DNA from: Desulfomonilia bacterium | GTDB taxonomy: Bacteria; Desulfobacterota; Desulfomonilia; UBA1062 | Reading direction: 5' to 3' | DNA length: 64,000 nucleotides | NCBI GenBank assembly: GCA_963664325.2 | Contig: CAXXDQ010000007.1 | Location: 736,001-800,000, forward strand | In this document: piece by piece, positions 1 through 13,155 of the stretch | Layout of the letters: every line of letters starts with the position of its first letter | How positions within the stretch are numbered: position 1 is the stretch's first letter | The notes under the pieces: generated by a model | Databases searched by the model: none | The model's input: the letters and a program-made list of their open reading frames with translations, nothing else | Told to the model about the DNA's origin: nothing | Translations under genes and position numbers: made by a program

Positions 1-1742
1 TTAAAAGCCATTTCTGAAGAATCCACCTCGTGGTAGCTACCGTCATATAACGTAACCTTAAGGTCAACCATTGGATAACCTGCACAAGGACCTACATTCA
101 GTCCTTCTTCGATGCCTTTTTTTATTGCCGGAATATATTCTTTTGGTATTGTTCCGCCTGTGATCGCATTTACAAAAACATAGCCTCCACCGGCCTCAAG
201 CGGTTCAACTTTTATCAATACATGCGCGAATTGCCCATGACCGCCTGTTTGCTTGGCATATTTACAATCTTCATCAACAGTCTTTGTAATTGTTTCTTTG
301 TATGAAACCTGCGGTTTGCCGACATTGGCTTCAACCCCAAATTCCCTCTTGAGTCTGTCTACGATTATTTCAAGATGGAGCTCTCCCATACCTGAGATTA
401 TTGTGTCGCCCATATCGGAATCAACATGCACTCTAAAAGACGGATCTTCAACTCCCAGTCTTGACAAGGCCACGCCGAGCTTCTCCTGATCGGATTTGCT
501 TTTCGGCTCTATTGCAATCGAAATCACCGGTTCGGGAAATTCAATTGCTTCAAGAATGATGGGTTTTGTTTTGTCACAAAGGCTATGCCCGGTTATTGTT
601 CCTTTAAGTCCGAGTATGGCGGCTATATCTCCGGCATTAAGAGTTTTAATATCCTCTCTTTTATCTGCAAACATTCTTACCAGGCGGCCTATCCTTTCTT
701 TCCTGCCTGTACTGGAATTGTAAACCATATCCCCGGAATTCAGCACACCTGAATATGATCTGATATACGTAAGCTGTCCCACATATGGATCGTTCATTAC
801 TTTAAATGCCAACGCGGCAAAAGCGTCATTGTTGTCAGGTTCTCTTGCCGTATCATCTCCTGATTCGGTTTTGCCATGGACTTGCCCCTTGTCCTTTGGT
901 GACGGCAGGAAATCCACGACAGCGTCAAGAAGAGGTTGAACTCCTTTATTTTTAAAAGCGGCGCCGCATAAAACAGGAGTAAAGGCAAGATCCAGCGTGC
1001 CTTTTCTTATCGCTGCCCTGATTGTTTCAGAGCCTATGCATTCTCCGTTTAAGTATGCCATCATTATCTCATCATCTATATCGCTTGATGCGTTAAGTAA
1101 TTTTTCCCTGTACTCATTTACGGTATCCTTCAGTTCATCAGGAACCGGCATTGTCTCATACTTTATTCCCTTTGACTCATCATTGAATCTGATCGCATTC
1201 ATTTCAATAAGATCTACAATACCAAAAAATTTATCTTCCTTTCCGTAAGGAATCTGCAACGCAACAGGGTTGGCACCCAATTTGTTTTTCATCTGATCCA
1301 TCACCGAAAAAAAATCTGCACCCACCCTGTCCATCTTATTCACATATGCAATTCTTGGGACCGCATATCTTTGAGCCTGCCTCCAAACCGTTTCAGACTG
1401 TGGCTGAACCCCGCCCACAGCACAGAATACGGCGATCGCACCATCAAGCACACGAAGGCTTCTCTCAACCTCAATCGTAAAATCAACGTGACCCGGAGTG
1501 TCAATGATGTTGATCATGTTGCCCTTCCAGCTGCATGTCGTAGCAGCTGCAGTTATAGTGATACCTCTTTCTTTTTCCTGATCCATCCAGTCCATTGTGG
1601 CTTGACCGTCATGGACTTCACCTATTTTATAAGTCATCCCGGTATAATACAGTATGCGTTCAGTCACTGTCGTCTTCCCAGCATCGATGTGAGCCATGAT
1701 ACCGATGTTCCGAAGCTTTTCGATGGGGACTTCAACTGACAC
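1..1742 (-). CDS. fusA: Elongation factor G, 3' end beyond the window edge (absent from the ORF track)
   Basis: Manual translation from GTG at 1742 gives an open frame to the edge: [61 protein letters not shown]. Follows rpsL-rpsG. Confidence 0.97.
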   Translation of the reverse strand, partial: MSVEVPIEKLRNIGIMAHIDAGKTTVTERILYYTGMTYKIGEVHDGQATMDWMDQEKERGITITAAATTCSWKGNMINIIDTPGHVDFTIEVERSLRVLDGAIAVFCAVGGVQPQSETVWRQAQRYAVPRIAYVNKMDRVGADFFSVMDQMKNKLGANPVALQIPYGKEDKFFGIVDLIEMNAIRFNDESKGIKYETMPVPDELKDTVNEYREKLLNASSDIDDEIMMAYLNGECIGSETIRAAIRKGTLDLAFTPVLCGAAFKNKGVQPLLDAVVDFLPSPKDKGQVHGKTESGDDTAREPDNNDAFAALAFKVMNDPYVGQLTYIRSYSGVLNSGDMVYNSSTGRKERIGRLVRMFADKREDIKTLNAGDIAAILGLKGTITGHSLCDKTKPIILEAIEFPEPVISIAIEPKSKSDQEKLGVALSRLGVEDPSFRVHVDSDMGDTIISGMGELHLEIIVDRLKREFGVEANVGKPQVSYKETITKTVDEDCKYAKQTGGHGQFAHVLIKVEPLEAGGGYVFVNAITGGTIPKEYIPAIKKGIEEGLNVGPCAGYPMVDLKVTLYDGSYHEVDSSEMAF

Positions 1743-1757
1743 GGTATTACAAAACCT

Positions 1758-2231
1758 CTACCAGCGGTAGTGTGCAAATGCTTTGTTGGCTTCCGCCATT
1801 TTATGTGTATCTTCTTTTTTCTTTATTGCCGTGCCTCTGTTATTGAATGCATCAAGCAGTTCGGAAGCAAGTCTGTTACTCATTGAGTTCTCGCCCCTTG
1901 ACCTGGCTGCCGCAATTATCCAGCGCCTTGCCAGCATGTCGCGTCGTTCCGGTCTAACTTCTGTCGGCACCTGATATGTGGCACCACCGACTCTGCGAGA
2001 ACGAACCTCTATCACCGGTTTGACGTTATCCATGGCTTTATGAAAAACCTCTACAGGGTTTTCTTTTGTTTTGTCGGCAAGTATATTTAAAGTTTCATAA
2101 AAGATGGTTTCTGAAACAGATTTTTTACCGTCCCACATCAGACTGTTAATAAATTTGCCAACCTGTTTATCCCCAAATTTAGGGTCAGGTACTATAGATC
2201 TCTGCAGGGTTCCTCTTTTCTTCCTTGGCAT
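1758..2231 (-). CDS. rpsG: 30S ribosomal protein S7
   Basis: [15 protein letters not shown] and [15 protein letters not shown]; str operon position. Confidence 0.99.
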   Translation of the reverse strand: MPRKKRGTLQRSIVPDPKFGDKQVGKFINSLMWDGKKSVSETIFYETLNILADKTKENPVEVFHKAMDNVKPVIEVRSRRVGGATYQVPTEVRPERRDMLARRWIIAAARSRGENSMSNRLASELLDAFNNRGTAIKKKEDTHKMAEANKAFAHYRW

Positions 2232-2248
2232 ATCCTTACCTCAAGTTA

Positions 2249-2623
2249 TTAGGCTTTAGGCCTTTTAGCTCCGTATTTGGAGCGGCTTCTGCGACGATTC
2301 TTGACCCCTTCTGTGTCAAGGATACCTCTGATTATATGATACCTTACCCCTGGAAGATCTTTTACTCGGCCTCCTCTTATCATAACTACTGAGTGCTCCT
2401 GCAAATTATGGCCTTCACCCGGGATGTATGAGGTTACTTCAAATCCGTTTGACAGCCTGACCCTGGCAACTTTTCGTAGGGCAGAATTAGGTTTCTTAGG
2501 AGTTGTTGTATATACCCTGACACATACACCCCTCTTCTGCGGACAACTTTCCAGTGCCCTGGTCTTCTTCCGTTTTTCTAACGTTTCTCTGCCTTTTCTA
2601 ACAAGCTGATTCAGTGTAGGCAT
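2249..2623 (-). CDS. rpsL: 30S ribosomal protein S12
   Basis: [12 protein letters not shown] and [12 protein letters not shown]. Confidence 0.99.
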   Translation of the reverse strand: MPTLNQLVRKGRETLEKRKKTRALESCPQKRGVCVRVYTTTPKKPNSALRKVARVRLSNGFEVTSYIPGEGHNLQEHSVVMIRGGRVKDLPGVRYHIIRGILDTEGVKNRRRSRSKYGAKRPKA

Positions 2624-2654
2624 TATTTAAACCCCTTTTAACAAAGCATGTTTT

Positions 2655-2687
2655 AACGACGTCTATCAAAGTGCGATAGACGCCGTT
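2655..2687 (-). terminator. Strong hairpin between rpoC and rpsL (terminator or processing stem)
   Basis: AACGACGTCTATC-N7-GATAGACGCCGTT. Fully paired with one G-U on the minus-strand transcript, but the U-tract is weak. Confidence 0.45.
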
Positions 2688-2711
2688 TTCTAGCAACGTA
2701 ACCCTTATATG

Positions 2712-5700
2712 TCAAGCACTTTCTAAAAGATCTTCATCCATAATTTCTTCATCTGAAATCCTGATATCCAACCTCTTGTATAACGGGAAACCGGTACCTG
2801 CTGGAATGAGTCTTCCCATGATGACATTTTCCTTCAGGCCCTTCAGATGATCCACCTTTCCTTCGACGCTGGCATCGGTCAGGACACGTGTAGTTTCCTG
2901 GAATGAAGCGGCTGAAATGAAGCTCTCGGTATTCAGGCTTGCCTTGGTTATGCCAAGCAGGTACGGTTCAGCTATTGCTGGTTTTCCACCTGTAGAAGCA
3001 ACTCTTTCGTTTTCCTCATTGAATGAAAGTTTGTCAACAAACTCCCCTTCTATATTTTCGGTATCTCCTGAGTCTCTGATTTTAACCCGCTTGAGCATCT
3101 GTCTTACAATGACTTCAATGTGTTTATCGTTAATATTAACGCCCTGAAGCCTGTAGACTTCCTGCACTTCGTTTGTAAGATATTTTGCAAGATCTTTTTC
3201 TCCCCTTATTTTCAGTATATCGTGGGGATCGACCGCTCCATCCATGAGGGGTTCGCCAGCCCTGACATAATCGCCCTCGTGGACAGCTATGTGCTTACCC
3301 TTAAGAATCATGTATTCCTTGGGTTGGCCGACCTCAGGCGTAATAATAACTTTACGCTTTCCCTTCGTATCCTTGCCGAAGCTTACTTCACCGTCGATTT
3401 CGGATACGGTTGCGCTTTCCTTGGGCTTTCGTGCCTCAAAGAGTTCTACAACTCTTGGAAGACCGCCTGTGATATCCTTAGTCTTTGTGGTTTCACGAGG
3501 TATTTTTACGATGACGTCACCGGCAAAAACCTCTTCTCCATCCTTGACATCCAGAATGGCGCCTGTCGGCAGTCCGTAACGCGCCTGGTTATTAGTGCCA
3601 GGAACCTTTATGTTCTTTCCAGAATCATCAACTATGTGAATTCTTGGCCTTAGTTCAGGGTCCTTGGGTTCTATGACAATGGAACGGGAATGGCCTGTAA
3701 CCTCGTCAATATGCTCTTGGATTGTGATTTCCTCGACGAGATCCATATACCTTACCTTCCCTCCAACCTCAGTCAGAATCGGTGATGAATACGGTTCCCA
3801 CTGAGCAAGAGGAGTTCCGGCAACAACTTTCTGGCCCTCTTCAACCTTTACCTTGGCACCATACATGATCGGATATGATTCTCTTTCTCGGCCGTTGTCA
3901 TCGACAAGAATTATGTATCCATTCCTGTTCATTGCGACCAGTTCTTTATCCTTGCTGCGAACCACTTTCAGGTCTTTGTATCTGACTGTTCCCGAATGGT
4001 TGAACTTGTGACTTGACTGCTCTATAACCGTTGCCGTACCACCAATATGGAATGTTCTCATCGTGAGCTGAGTACCAGGTTCGCCAATCGACTGTGCAGC
4101 GATAATCCCGACAGCTTCCCCGATGTTAACCATGCGGCCCCTTGCAAGGTCTTTCCCGTAACAGCGGACACATATGCCCTGTTTAGATTTACACGCAAGA
4201 ACGGACCTTACGACAACCCTTTCAAGTCCTGCATCCATTATCTTATCAACATGAGGCTGCTCGATCATTGTATTATAGGGAACGATTATTTCCCCGGTAT
4301 ATGGATCAATAACGTCGTCAAGTGCCACCCTGCCTGTTATGCGCTCACCCAGAGTCTTGATAATTTCACCGCCTTCGATCAGGGCTTCCATCTCTAGACC
4401 GTCCATTGTGCCGCAGTCTTCTTCGGAAACTATAACATCATGAGCAACATCAACCAGCCTCCTCGTAAGATAGCCCGAATTGGCCGTCTTAAGTGCAGTA
4501 TCAGCAAGACCCTTTCTGGCTCCATGTGTCGATATGAAGTATTCAAGGACATCAAGTCCTTCACGGAAATTGGATTCGATAGGAGTTTCGATAATTTCAC
4601 CAGACGGTTTGGCCATAAGTCCGCGTATGCCTGCAAGCTGCCTTATCTGCTGTGCACTTCCACGGGCACCTGAATCAGCCATCATAAATATCGGGTTGAA
4701 TGAAGGAGTCTCAACCTTCTTTCCTCCAGGAATCTCGATAACATCCTTCTTTATAGTATCCATCATATCGACAGCTACACGGTCAGTAACTTTTGTCCAG
4801 ATATCAACGACCTTATTGTAACGTTCACCATCGGTAATAAGACCTTCATTATATTGCCTTATAATTTCAGATACATCTTTCTTTGCGCTGTCAATTATCT
4901 GAGGTTTTGATTTAGGAATAATCATGTCCTCGATGCCGATTGAGATGCCGGCAATGGTTGCATAATAATAACCGAGATCCTTTATCCTGTCTGCCAGAAG
5001 AACCGTCTTTTTGTCCCCGGCAACGCTGAAACATATATCGACTATTTCTGCCAGTGCTTTTTTCGACATTGGTTTATTAATCATTTCGAAAGGAATTTCC
5101 TTCGGTACTATCTCGTTAAATATCACCCTTCCGACTGTTGTATCGACGAGTTTATCTCCCATACGCATTTTAATTTTAGCATGGATTGTAACAACACCCG
5201 CGTCAAGGGCAACCCTGACTTCTTCAGGCCCGAAGAATACCATTCCCTCACCCTTTGCCATCGGTTTGTCACGGGTAAGATAGTAAACACCAAGAACGAT
5301 GTCCTGTGTCGGAACAATGACAGGCTTCCCATTGGCAGGTGAAAGAATGTTGTTGGTTGACATCATCAGAACGCGCGCCTCAACCTGTGCTTCGATTGAA
5401 AGGGGAACATGAACAGCCATCTGGTCACCATCGAAATCAGCGTTGAATGCCGTGCATACCAGAGGATGAAGCTGTATTGCCTTGCCTTCAATGAGAATGG
5501 GTTCAAACGCCTGCATGCCCAGCCTGTGGAGTGTGGGGGCTCGGTTCAGCATTACCGGATATTCCTGAACCACTTCAGCAAGGCATTCCCAGACTTCAGG
5601 AGTTTCTTTTTCAACAAGGCGCTTTGCACTTTTTATTGTGCTGACAATTTTCTTTTGTTCAAGTTTATTATAAATAAATGGTTTGAAAAGTTCGATTGCC

Positions 5701-7052
5701 ATTTTCTTTGGCAGCCCGCACTGATGAAGCCTCAGATCGGGTCCGGCTGTGATAACAGAACGGCCGGAATAATCTACCCTTTTCCCGAGAAGGTTCTGGC
5801 GGAACCTGCCCTGTTTTCCTTTGAGCATATCGGAGAGGCTCTTTAGAGGTCTGCGGTTTGCTCCGGTTATTACTCGTCCCCTGCGGCCGTTATCAAACAG
5901 TACATCAACCGCTTCCTGAAGCATCCTTTTTTCATTTCTCAGGATAATATCCGGTGCATTAAGCTCCATCAGTCTTTTGAGCCTGTTGTTGCGGTTTATG
6001 ACTCTTCGATAAAGATCATTCAGGTCGGATGTTGCAAACCTTCCGCCATCAAGGGGAACAAGCGGTCTGAGGTCGGGAGGAAGAACAGGAATGACCTTCA
6101 GGATCATCCATGAAGGGTCCTGCCATTGTCTTAAGTAGTCGATATCGTCATGAGAAAGCCGTTTAGATTCAAGCAGCTTATCTATTATTTCATTTATTTT
6201 AGGGATTATTTTTTTCTTGTCCTGGTATGTCAGTGCCTCTTCCCACATCTTTATTATCTTACGGCATTCAGTAAGTATTTCACCCAGAGCCCTTCTGAAC
6301 TGTTCGTCCTTCTCAAGCTGAAAACGGTCTTCGACAAATTTTATAAGGTCAACAGGTTCGATACCAACCATGACATTGACCATTCTCAACCGTTGCGTAA
6401 GCTTCTTTTTCTTGGCTTCGCTCTTGGTAGTGGCAATTTTATCTTTCAGGTCCGCGGCAAGGGATATGATATCCAGGTCCGAAATCAATTCATCGACTGC
6501 CTCTGCACCCATTCTTGCAACGAAACTCCCAAGTCCATGTTTCTCAACTTCAGCCCTGAACTTGTCCTCGGTAAGGAGTTCCCCTTTTCTCAGCGGTGCA
6601 TCTTTGGGGTCAGTAACAATATAACTTTCAAAATAGAGCACCCTCTCAAGTTCTTTGAGAGAAAGCTCCAGGAGACCTCCAATCCTGCTGGGAAGGCTTT
6701 TCAAAAACCATATATGAGCAACCGGAGTTGCAAGTTCAATATGGCCAAGCCTTTCACGTCTAACCCTTGAGTCTATGACTTCCACACCGCATTTCTCGCA
6801 GACTACACCCCGGTGTTTCATACGCTTGTACTTTCCGCAGGTGCATTCATAGCTTTTGATGGGTCCAAAAATCTTGGCGCAGAAAAGCCCGTCTCTTTCA
6901 GGTTTAAATGTCCTGTAGTTTATGGTCTCCGGCTTTTTCACTTCGCCATATGACCATGCCCTGATCTTCTCAGGTGAGGCCAAGCCGATCCTGACCGCCA
7001 TATAATTGGAAGGATCTTTTGGTTTTTCAAAATAACTGTACAGGTCTTCCAA
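2712..7052 (-). CDS. rpoC: RNA polymerase subunit beta-prime, with an unusual insertion
   Basis: NADFDGDQM catalytic motif, N-terminal Zn finger, RTFHIGG trigger loop with SI3-type insert; TTG start. Confidence 0.99.
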   Translation of the reverse strand: MEDLYSYFEKPKDPSNYMAVRIGLASPEKIRAWSYGEVKKPETINYRTFKPERDGLFCAKIFGPIKSYECTCGKYKRMKHRGVVCEKCGVEVIDSRVRRERLGHIELATPVAHIWFLKSLPSRIGGLLELSLKELERVLYFESYIVTDPKDAPLRKGELLTEDKFRAEVEKHGLGSFVARMGAEAVDELISDLDIISLAADLKDKIATTKSEAKKKKLTQRLRMVNVMVGIEPVDLIKFVEDRFQLEKDEQFRRALGEILTECRKIIKMWEEALTYQDKKKIIPKINEIIDKLLESKRLSHDDIDYLRQWQDPSWMILKVIPVLPPDLRPLVPLDGGRFATSDLNDLYRRVINRNNRLKRLMELNAPDIILRNEKRMLQEAVDVLFDNGRRGRVITGANRRPLKSLSDMLKGKQGRFRQNLLGKRVDYSGRSVITAGPDLRLHQCGLPKKMAIELFKPFIYNKLEQKKIVSTIKSAKRLVEKETPEVWECLAEVVQEYPVMLNRAPTLHRLGMQAFEPILIEGKAIQLHPLVCTAFNADFDGDQMAVHVPLSIEAQVEARVLMMSTNNILSPANGKPVIVPTQDIVLGVYYLTRDKPMAKGEGMVFFGPEEVRVALDAGVVTIHAKIKMRMGDKLVDTTVGRVIFNEIVPKEIPFEMINKPMSKKALAEIVDICFSVAGDKKTVLLADRIKDLGYYYATIAGISIGIEDMIIPKSKPQIIDSAKKDVSEIIRQYNEGLITDGERYNKVVDIWTKVTDRVAVDMMDTIKKDVIEIPGGKKVETPSFNPIFMMADSGARGSAQQIRQLAGIRGLMAKPSGEIIETPIESNFREGLDVLEYFISTHGARKGLADTALKTANSGYLTRRLVDVAHDVIVSEEDCGTMDGLEMEALIEGGEIIKTLGERITGRVALDDVIDPYTGEIIVPYNTMIEQPHVDKIMDAGLERVVVRSVLACKSKQGICVRCYGKDLARGRMVNIGEAVGIIAAQSIGEPGTQLTMRTFHIGGTATVIEQSSHKFNHSGTVRYKDLKVVRSKDKELVAMNRNGYIILVDDNGRERESYPIMYGAKVKVEEGQKVVAGTPLAQWEPYSSPILTEVGGKVRYMDLVEEITIQEHIDEVTGHSRSIVIEPKDPELRPRIHIVDDSGKNIKVPGTNNQARYGLPTGAILDVKDGEEVFAGDVIVKIPRETTKTKDITGGLPRVVELFEARKPKESATVSEIDGEVSFGKDTKGKRKVIITPEVGQPKEYMILKGKHIAVHEGDYVRAGEPLMDGAVDPHDILKIRGEKDLAKYLTNEVQEVYRLQGVNINDKHIEVIVRQMLKRVKIRDSGDTENIEGEFVDKLSFNEENERVASTGGKPAIAEPYLLGITKASLNTESFISAASFQETTRVLTDASVEGKVDHLKGLKENVIMGRLIPAGTGFPLYKRLDIRISDEEIMDEDLLESA

Positions 7053-7067
7053 GTTACCCTCCCTTGC

Positions 7068-10000
7068 TTAGTAACCCCTGCCTTCGATAAGTCCGATATC
7101 GAGGCTCAGGCTCTTTAATTCTCTCATGAGCACATTGAATGATTCCGGAATGCCCGGTTCAAGCGCATGCTCTCCCTTGACTATTGATTCATATGTCCTG
7201 GTCCTTCCGGCTACATCATCACTTTTAACGGTAAGGAATTCCTGCAAGGTATAGGCAGCACCATAGGCTTCAATTGCCCACACCTCCATTTCACCGAGTC
7301 TCTGTCCTCCGAACTGGGCCTTACCTCCAAGAGGCTGCTGAGTAACAAGAGAGTAAGGACCGATGGATCGGGCATGTATCTTGTCATCGACAAGATGGTG
7401 AAGTTTTAACATATACATGACTCCGACAGTGACCTTCCCGTCAAATGGATCCCCCGACCTTCCATCAAACAATGTGACCCTTCCTTTACTAGCGATTCCG
7501 GCCGATTCCATCATTTTGGAAATTTCGGTCTCGCTTGCCGAATCGAACACAGGTACAGCAACATGCAGGCCTTCATCACATATGGAACGGGTAATCTGCA
7601 CAAGCTCTTCCATTGAGGCTTTTTTCAGAATTGCGTCCACTTTGGCCGATTGATAAATCTTTCTAAGGTATTCTCTTAGGGATTCTTCAGTATACTCGCT
7701 TTTCATGAAATCATTAAGCGCCTCTCCCATGCCCTTAACAGCCCACCCTATATGTGTCTCAAGTATCTGCCCGACATTCATTCGAGATGGGACACCCAGC
7801 GGATTGAGAACAATGTCCACAGGTCTGCCATCCTCAAAGAAGGGCATGTCCTCCTCAGGCAATATCCTTGATATGACGCCTTTGTTACCATGCCTTCCCG
7901 CCATCTTGTCGCCAACAGACAGTTTGCGCTTAATGGCGATAAAGACTTTCACCATTTTGTTAACACCCGGCGGCAAATCATCTCCCGCTGTCATCTTTTC
8001 AATTTTAGAATCATACACCTTCTCGATAAGCTGTTTCTGATGATCAAGACGGTTTATAATGCGCTCTATTTCGTGTTCGGTCTCTTGACCGTCTTTTATC
8101 CTGATGTCCTTAAAATCATCTATTGAGAGGCCGGCGAGCATTTCTATTGAAATCTTTTCTTTGCTCTTTGCTATGACTTTGTCTCCGAGATGGGAATAAA
8201 GGGGTGCTGCCAGATCCCTTCCGATGAGGAAAGCTTCAATCCTGGCCCTAGCTGCAGATGTTACTATCTTGATCTCATCTTCACGGTCCTTGTTAAGGCC
8301 GTTAACCTCTTTTTGCTCTATCTGCATCGTACGCTCATCTCGTTCCTGGCCGCGCCTGTTGAACACCCTTGCATCAATTACTGTACCTTCGATTCCTGGT
8401 GGCACTCTGAGAGACGAATCTTTGACCTCGCTAGCCTTTTCTCCGAATATAGCACGAAGCAGCTTTTCTTCCGGAGTGAGCTGTGTTTCACCCTTTGGAG
8501 TTACTTTGCCCACCAGTATATCACCGGGTTTCACTTCGGCGCCGACGCAGACAATACCAGAGTCATCTAGATTTTTGAGCGCTTCTTCACCGGCATTCGG
8601 TATATCGCGGGTTATTTCTTCGGTGCCAAGTTTGACATCCCTTGCCATAACTTCAAATTCTTCTATGTGAACCGATGTATAGAAGTCTTCTTTAACAACA
8701 CGCTCACTTATAAGAATGGCGTCTTCATAATTGTATCCGCCCCAGGGCATGAATGCGACTACAAGATTTCTACCAAGGGCAAGTTCTCCCATGTTAGTCG
8801 CCGGGCCGTCTGCCACAATTTCGCCTTTTTTAACATGCTGTCCTTTTTTGACAATAGGACTCTGGTTAAAAGAAGTATTCTGGTTTGCCCTTTTGAATTT
8901 AGTGAGTTTGTAAATGTCTATCCCTGAGTCGTCCTGCTTTTCAGATATTTTGTCAGCCATTATAACTATACGCTGGCTGTCGACATCCCTGACTGTTCCG
9001 TCTCTTTTTGCAACTACGCATACACCCGAGTCGCGTGCGATCAGGTGCTCCATCCCTGTTCCTATCATCGGAGGCTTGGGGAAGAGAAGAGGTACTGACT
9101 GGCGCTGCATGTTCGAGCCCATGAGTGCCCGGTTTGCGTCATCGTGTTCAAGAAATGGGATCAGGTTTGCCGAAACGCTGAAGAGCTGGTTGGTGGCAAC
9201 ATCCATGAGAGTAACCTGATCTCTGGTTACAATGCCGTATTCCCCGTTCTTCAACCGAACCCTTACCATTTCCGCAATTATCTTCCCCTTTTTATCAATG
9301 GGTTCGGTTGCCTGGACAACGACCTGCTCGTCTTCCTCCATAGCGCTCATATAATGCATTTCTTTCGTAACCACACCGTCTTTAACGATATAGTACGGCG
9401 TCTCAATAAACCCGAATTCGTTCACCCTTGCATATGTTGACAAGGAAACGATAAGGCCGATATTCGGTCCTTCCGGTGTTTCTATCGGACATATACGGCC
9501 GTAGTGTGACGGGTGAACATCCCGCACCTCAAATACTGCCCGCTCTCTTGTGAGTCCTCCCGGACCAAGGGCTGAAAGTCTTCTCTTATGAGTAATCGCT
9601 GAAAGCGGATTTGTCTGGTCCATGAACTGGGATAGCTGACCGGACCCGAAAAATTCCCTTATGACGGCGGATACAGGTTTTGGATTGATAAGGCTGTTAG
9701 GCATTATCGTCTCCACATCCTGAAGGCTCATCCGTTCTTTGATAGCCCTTTCCATCCTGACAAGTCCGATCCTGTACTGGTTCTCGAGAAGTTCGCCTAT
9801 GGACCGGACACGCCTGTTCGACATATGGTCAATATCATCGATGGCCCTGCCCTGTATACCATCCTTCAATTCCATCAAATACTTTATGGTAAGTAAAATA
9901 TCTTCTTTTCTAAGCACTGTAAGATCAAGCGGAGCATCATTGTCATTTATATGAAGTTTTCTGTTGATTTTAAGCCTTCCGACCCTTGAAAGATCATAAT

Positions 10001-11207
10001 AGGACGGATTAAAGAACAGGTTTTCAAAAAAAGTAGTGGCAATTTCCAGAGTCGGAGGATTTGACGGTCTCAAACGTCTGTAAATTTCTATTATAGCCTC
10101 TTCTGCAGTATCAAGCTTGTCAAGTGCAATCGTCTTTGAAAGTGATGAGCTAAAATTTATTTCATCTATATAAATTGTCTTTATTTCTTTGATGCCTTCA
10201 GCATTCAACTTGGCCAACAGGTCAGGAGAAAGCATCTCGTTCGATTCTGCTATAATCTCTCCAGTAGATAAATTAACAATATCATCAGCAATGATCTTGC
10301 CCAAAATATCCTTTTCTGTACATACCATCGGTTCGAGAACTTTCGTCGAATACTTTTTAACAGTTGCAGCTGTAATTTTTTTACCTGCCTTGATTGCAGG
10401 TTCGGCTGTACCTTTGACTTTTATATCATGCTCTGCTTTCAGACCAATAAGGCTTTGCAAATCAATATGCTTAAGGACTTTCTCACCGCGGATTGTATAT
10501 CTTTCCTTTATATAATACATACCGAGAATATCCTGATTTGTATATCCCAGTGCTTTTAAAAGTGTTGTTGAAGTCATTTTTCTTCTGCGGTCAATTCTTA
10601 GATAAAGTATGCCCTTTGCATCAAAATCCAAGTCTATCCAGGAACCTCTCGCAGGAATTATTCTGGCTGAAAACAGGACTTTACCGCCTGTTACAGCACG
10701 TGCTGCAGATTTATCAAAAAATATTCCTGGAGAACGATGCAGCTGGCTGACAATGACTCTTTCAGTACCGTTAATTATAAATGTCGCCGCCGGAGTCATG
10801 AGGGGTATTTCTCCGAAATATACTTCCTGCTCCTTGATATCCCTTATACTCTGTGTCTGCGTCTCCTCGTCTCTATCATATACGACAAGTCTAACTTTCA
10901 GGTTAACTGGCGCCGCATATGTCAGTCCCTTCTGAACGCATTCATCAATGTCATATTTGGGTTCACCGAGTTTATATTCTACATACTCGAGAGATGCATA
11001 TTCATTAAAATCTTTTATTGGGAAAACAGATCTGAAAACACCTTCAAGACCAATGTTTTTCCTCTTTTCCGGTGAGATGTCCTTCTGAAGAAATGCACTG
11101 TACGATGCCTTTGGAAGTTCGACAAGGTCAGGCATGTCAATCATGGAAAATCGCTTTGCAAAACTTTTTCGCCTGATTTCGGGATAGGAAAGAATGTCTT
11201 TCGTCAT
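7068..11207 (-). CDS. rpoB: RNA polymerase subunit beta
   Basis: [25 protein letters not shown] and [12 protein letters not shown]. Confidence 0.99.
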   Translation of the reverse strand: MTKDILSYPEIRRKSFAKRFSMIDMPDLVELPKASYSAFLQKDISPEKRKNIGLEGVFRSVFPIKDFNEYASLEYVEYKLGEPKYDIDECVQKGLTYAAPVNLKVRLVVYDRDEETQTQSIRDIKEQEVYFGEIPLMTPAATFIINGTERVIVSQLHRSPGIFFDKSAARAVTGGKVLFSARIIPARGSWIDLDFDAKGILYLRIDRRRKMTSTTLLKALGYTNQDILGMYYIKERYTIRGEKVLKHIDLQSLIGLKAEHDIKVKGTAEPAIKAGKKITAATVKKYSTKVLEPMVCTEKDILGKIIADDIVNLSTGEIIAESNEMLSPDLLAKLNAEGIKEIKTIYIDEINFSSSLSKTIALDKLDTAEEAIIEIYRRLRPSNPPTLEIATTFFENLFFNPSYYDLSRVGRLKINRKLHINDNDAPLDLTVLRKEDILLTIKYLMELKDGIQGRAIDDIDHMSNRRVRSIGELLENQYRIGLVRMERAIKERMSLQDVETIMPNSLINPKPVSAVIREFFGSGQLSQFMDQTNPLSAITHKRRLSALGPGGLTRERAVFEVRDVHPSHYGRICPIETPEGPNIGLIVSLSTYARVNEFGFIETPYYIVKDGVVTKEMHYMSAMEEDEQVVVQATEPIDKKGKIIAEMVRVRLKNGEYGIVTRDQVTLMDVATNQLFSVSANLIPFLEHDDANRALMGSNMQRQSVPLLFPKPPMIGTGMEHLIARDSGVCVVAKRDGTVRDVDSQRIVIMADKISEKQDDSGIDIYKLTKFKRANQNTSFNQSPIVKKGQHVKKGEIVADGPATNMGELALGRNLVVAFMPWGGYNYEDAILISERVVKEDFYTSVHIEEFEVMARDVKLGTEEITRDIPNAGEEALKNLDDSGIVCVGAEVKPGDILVGKVTPKGETQLTPEEKLLRAIFGEKASEVKDSSLRVPPGIEGTVIDARVFNRRGQERDERTMQIEQKEVNGLNKDREDEIKIVTSAARARIEAFLIGRDLAAPLYSHLGDKVIAKSKEKISIEMLAGLSIDDFKDIRIKDGQETEHEIERIINRLDHQKQLIEKVYDSKIEKMTAGDDLPPGVNKMVKVFIAIKRKLSVGDKMAGRHGNKGVISRILPEEDMPFFEDGRPVDIVLNPLGVPSRMNVGQILETHIGWAVKGMGEALNDFMKSEYTEESLREYLRKIYQSAKVDAILKKASMEELVQITRSICDEGLHVAVPVFDSASETEISKMMESAGIASKGRVTLFDGRSGDPFDGKVTVGVMYMLKLHHLVDDKIHARSIGPYSLVTQQPLGGKAQFGGQRLGEMEVWAIEAYGAAYTLQEFLTVKSDDVAGRTRTYESIVKGEHALEPGIPESFNVLMRELKSLSLDIGLIEGRGY

Positions 11208-11298
11208 TTACGGCTAATCCCCTTTTTCTTTATTGTAAAAGCAAAAGTTCAGGACACCACCTTTAAGGAAGTGCCCTTTGTACCTGTATTTTTTATTG

Positions 11299-11327
11299 AA
11301 AACAGGGGTGAATATTTTCACCCGCTG
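11299..11327 (-). terminator. rplL-rpoB intergenic attenuator-like terminator
   Basis: Minus strand CAGCGGGTGAA-AATA-TTCACCCCTG followed by TTTT. An attenuator at this position is known in E. coli. Confidence 0.6.
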
Positions 11328-11372
11328 ATTTCGTTAAAATGCTGACCGATTGGTCTTCCGCCACAAATTGGC

Positions 11373-11753
11373 TTACTTTATCTCTGCAACTGCGCCCTGT
11401 TCTTCTAGCTTCTTCTTGGCCTCTTCAGCCTCCTGTTTTGAAACCTTTTCAACAACCGGTTTGGGTGCGCCTTCGACAAGGTCTTTCGCCTCTTTGAGTC
11501 CAAGGTTTGTAAGAGCCCTTACAACCTTAATGACTTGTATCTTTTGTGCACCTGCGTCTTTCAGGATTACATCAAACTGCGTTTTTTCCTCAACTGGTTC
11601 GGACGGGCCTGCTGCAGGACCTGCGGCAACAGCTACTGCTGGAGCTGCTGCACTTACGCCAAATTTTTCTTCAAGCTCTTTAACAAAACCAGAAAGCTCC
11701 AAAACCGTCATATTTTCAATAAACTTTATTACGTCTTCACGTGAAATACTCAT
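11373..11753 (-). CDS. rplL: 50S ribosomal protein L7/L12
   Basis: [21 protein letters not shown] and [11 protein letters not shown]. Confidence 0.99.
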   Translation of the reverse strand: MSISREDVIKFIENMTVLELSGFVKELEEKFGVSAAAPAVAVAAGPAAGPSEPVEEKTQFDVILKDAGAQKIQVIKVVRALTNLGLKEAKDLVEGAPKPVVEKVSKQEAEEAKKKLEEQGAVAEIK

Positions 11754-11780
11754 TTTTTTAATTTCTCCTTCTTAATTTAC

Positions 11781-12308
11781 TTATGCTATAGTTTGTGATT
11801 TCTTTTCTTCAATTGCTTTTAATACATACATAAATTGACGTACCATGGCTGCAAGAACACCTACCAAGTTAGTTGCCGGCGCATTCATGGAACCCAGCAT
11901 CCTGGCAAGCAGTACTTCCTTGCTTGGCATGCCCGCCAGATCTCTGACATCTGTTGTGGTTAAGAATTGTGATCCTAAAACACCGCCCTGGATTTCCAGC
12001 TTTTCATTCTTCTTTGAAAAATCCACGATGGTCTTTGCCAGAGCAACGGGATCAGCCAATGCTATGGCAATTGCTGTAGGTCCCTCCAGCAGCGGATTGA
12101 GCCCTGATGCGTCTGTTCCTTCTGCGGCAAGTTTAAGTAGTGTATTCTTGACTACCTGATATTTTCCACCAGCCTGCCTGATTCCTCCTCTTAACTGAGT
12201 GACCTGTTCAACAGTAAGTCCTTTATAGTCTGTTACAAAAACAGCGCCGCACTTACTAAGCTCATTATGAAGCTTTTCAACAAGTTCCGATTTCTCTGTC
12301 CTATTCAA
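11781..12308 (-). CDS. rplJ: 50S ribosomal protein L10
   Basis: DYKGLTV, VVKNTLLKLA and GPTAIA; lies between rplA and rplL. Confidence 0.98.
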   Translation of the reverse strand: MNRTEKSELVEKLHNELSKCGAVFVTDYKGLTVEQVTQLRGGIRQAGGKYQVVKNTLLKLAAEGTDASGLNPLLEGPTAIAIALADPVALAKTIVDFSKKNEKLEIQGGVLGSQFLTTTDVRDLAGMPSKEVLLARMLGSMNAPATNLVGVLAAMVRQFMYVLKAIEEKKSQTIA

Positions 12309-12371
12309 TCGCTACCTCACCCCCTTTGTTTTTTAATATCCTGTTAAAGGATACCCTTGGGGTATATATAC

Positions 12372-12433
12372 TCCCAGGTTTAGGCGGGAAATTAAGCCTT
12401 TCGTTTCTCGGCACCCGCTGTCTTTAACCAGGA
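12372..12433 (-). promoter_or_regulatory. L10 leader (ribosomal-protein autoregulatory RNA)
   Basis: Minus strand AAGACAGCGGGTGCC...GGCTTAATTTCCCGCC closed by TCCTGGTT/AACCTGGGA, directly upstream of rplJ. Matches the AGACAG..GG..GC..GCTTAA..CC pattern of L10 leaders. Confidence 0.85.
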
Positions 12434-12437
12434 TTAC

Positions 12438-13142
12438 TTATTTTACCAATGCTACTGCATCAACCGGATCAATCCTGACTCCGGGACCCATCGTACTGGA
12501 CAATGCAACTCCTTTTATATAGGTACCTTTGCTCGAAGAAGGCTTCAATTTCCAGACGACCTCAAGCAGGGCTTTCAAATTATCATGAAGTTTTTCCTTG
12601 CCGAAACTTGCTTTGCCGACGCTGCAGTGAACTATTCCTGTCTTATCAACCCTGAACTCAATCCTGCCGGCTTTCATTTCACCGACAGTTTTGGCAACAT
12701 CGAATGTTACTGTTCCGAGCTTCGGATTAGGCATAAGCCCCCGGGGTCCAAGAATACGACCAAGCTTTCCAACAAGGCCCATCATATCAGGTGTCGCAAT
12801 AACCTTATCAAAATCCAGCCATCCGCCCTGTATTCTTTCTGCAATATCTTCTGCCCCAACAAAATCCGCTTTGGCTTCCTGGGCTTCCTTTTCCTTATCT
12901 CCCTTTGCAAATACAAGCACGCGGGTTGTCTTGCCTGTACCGTGAGGAAGTATAACTGAACCTCTGACCATTTGGTCTGCATGCCTTGGGTCTACACCAA
13001 GCCTGAATGCTACATCCACGCTCTCATCAAACTTGGAATATTTGCAGTCCAGGACAAGGGATATTGCCTCTTCGAATGAATACTTCTTCTGCGAGTCAAC
13101 CTTCTTTCTGGCTTCGATGTATTTCTTGCCAATCCTTGCCAT
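12438..13142 (-). CDS. rplA: 50S ribosomal protein L1
   Basis: [25 protein letters not shown] and STMGPG. Confidence 0.99.
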   Translation of the reverse strand: MARIGKKYIEARKKVDSQKKYSFEEAISLVLDCKYSKFDESVDVAFRLGVDPRHADQMVRGSVILPHGTGKTTRVLVFAKGDKEKEAQEAKADFVGAEDIAERIQGGWLDFDKVIATPDMMGLVGKLGRILGPRGLMPNPKLGTVTFDVAKTVGEMKAGRIEFRVDKTGIVHCSVGKASFGKEKLHDNLKALLEVVWKLKPSSSKGTYIKGVALSSTMGPGVRIDPVDAVALVK

Positions 13143-13155
13143 AGCCGGTTCTCCT

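Noticed and set aside
6117-6374. Intein in rpoC
   Set aside because: No N-terminal Cys/Ser and no terminal His-Asn followed by Cys/Ser/Thr; shorter than typical mini-inteins.
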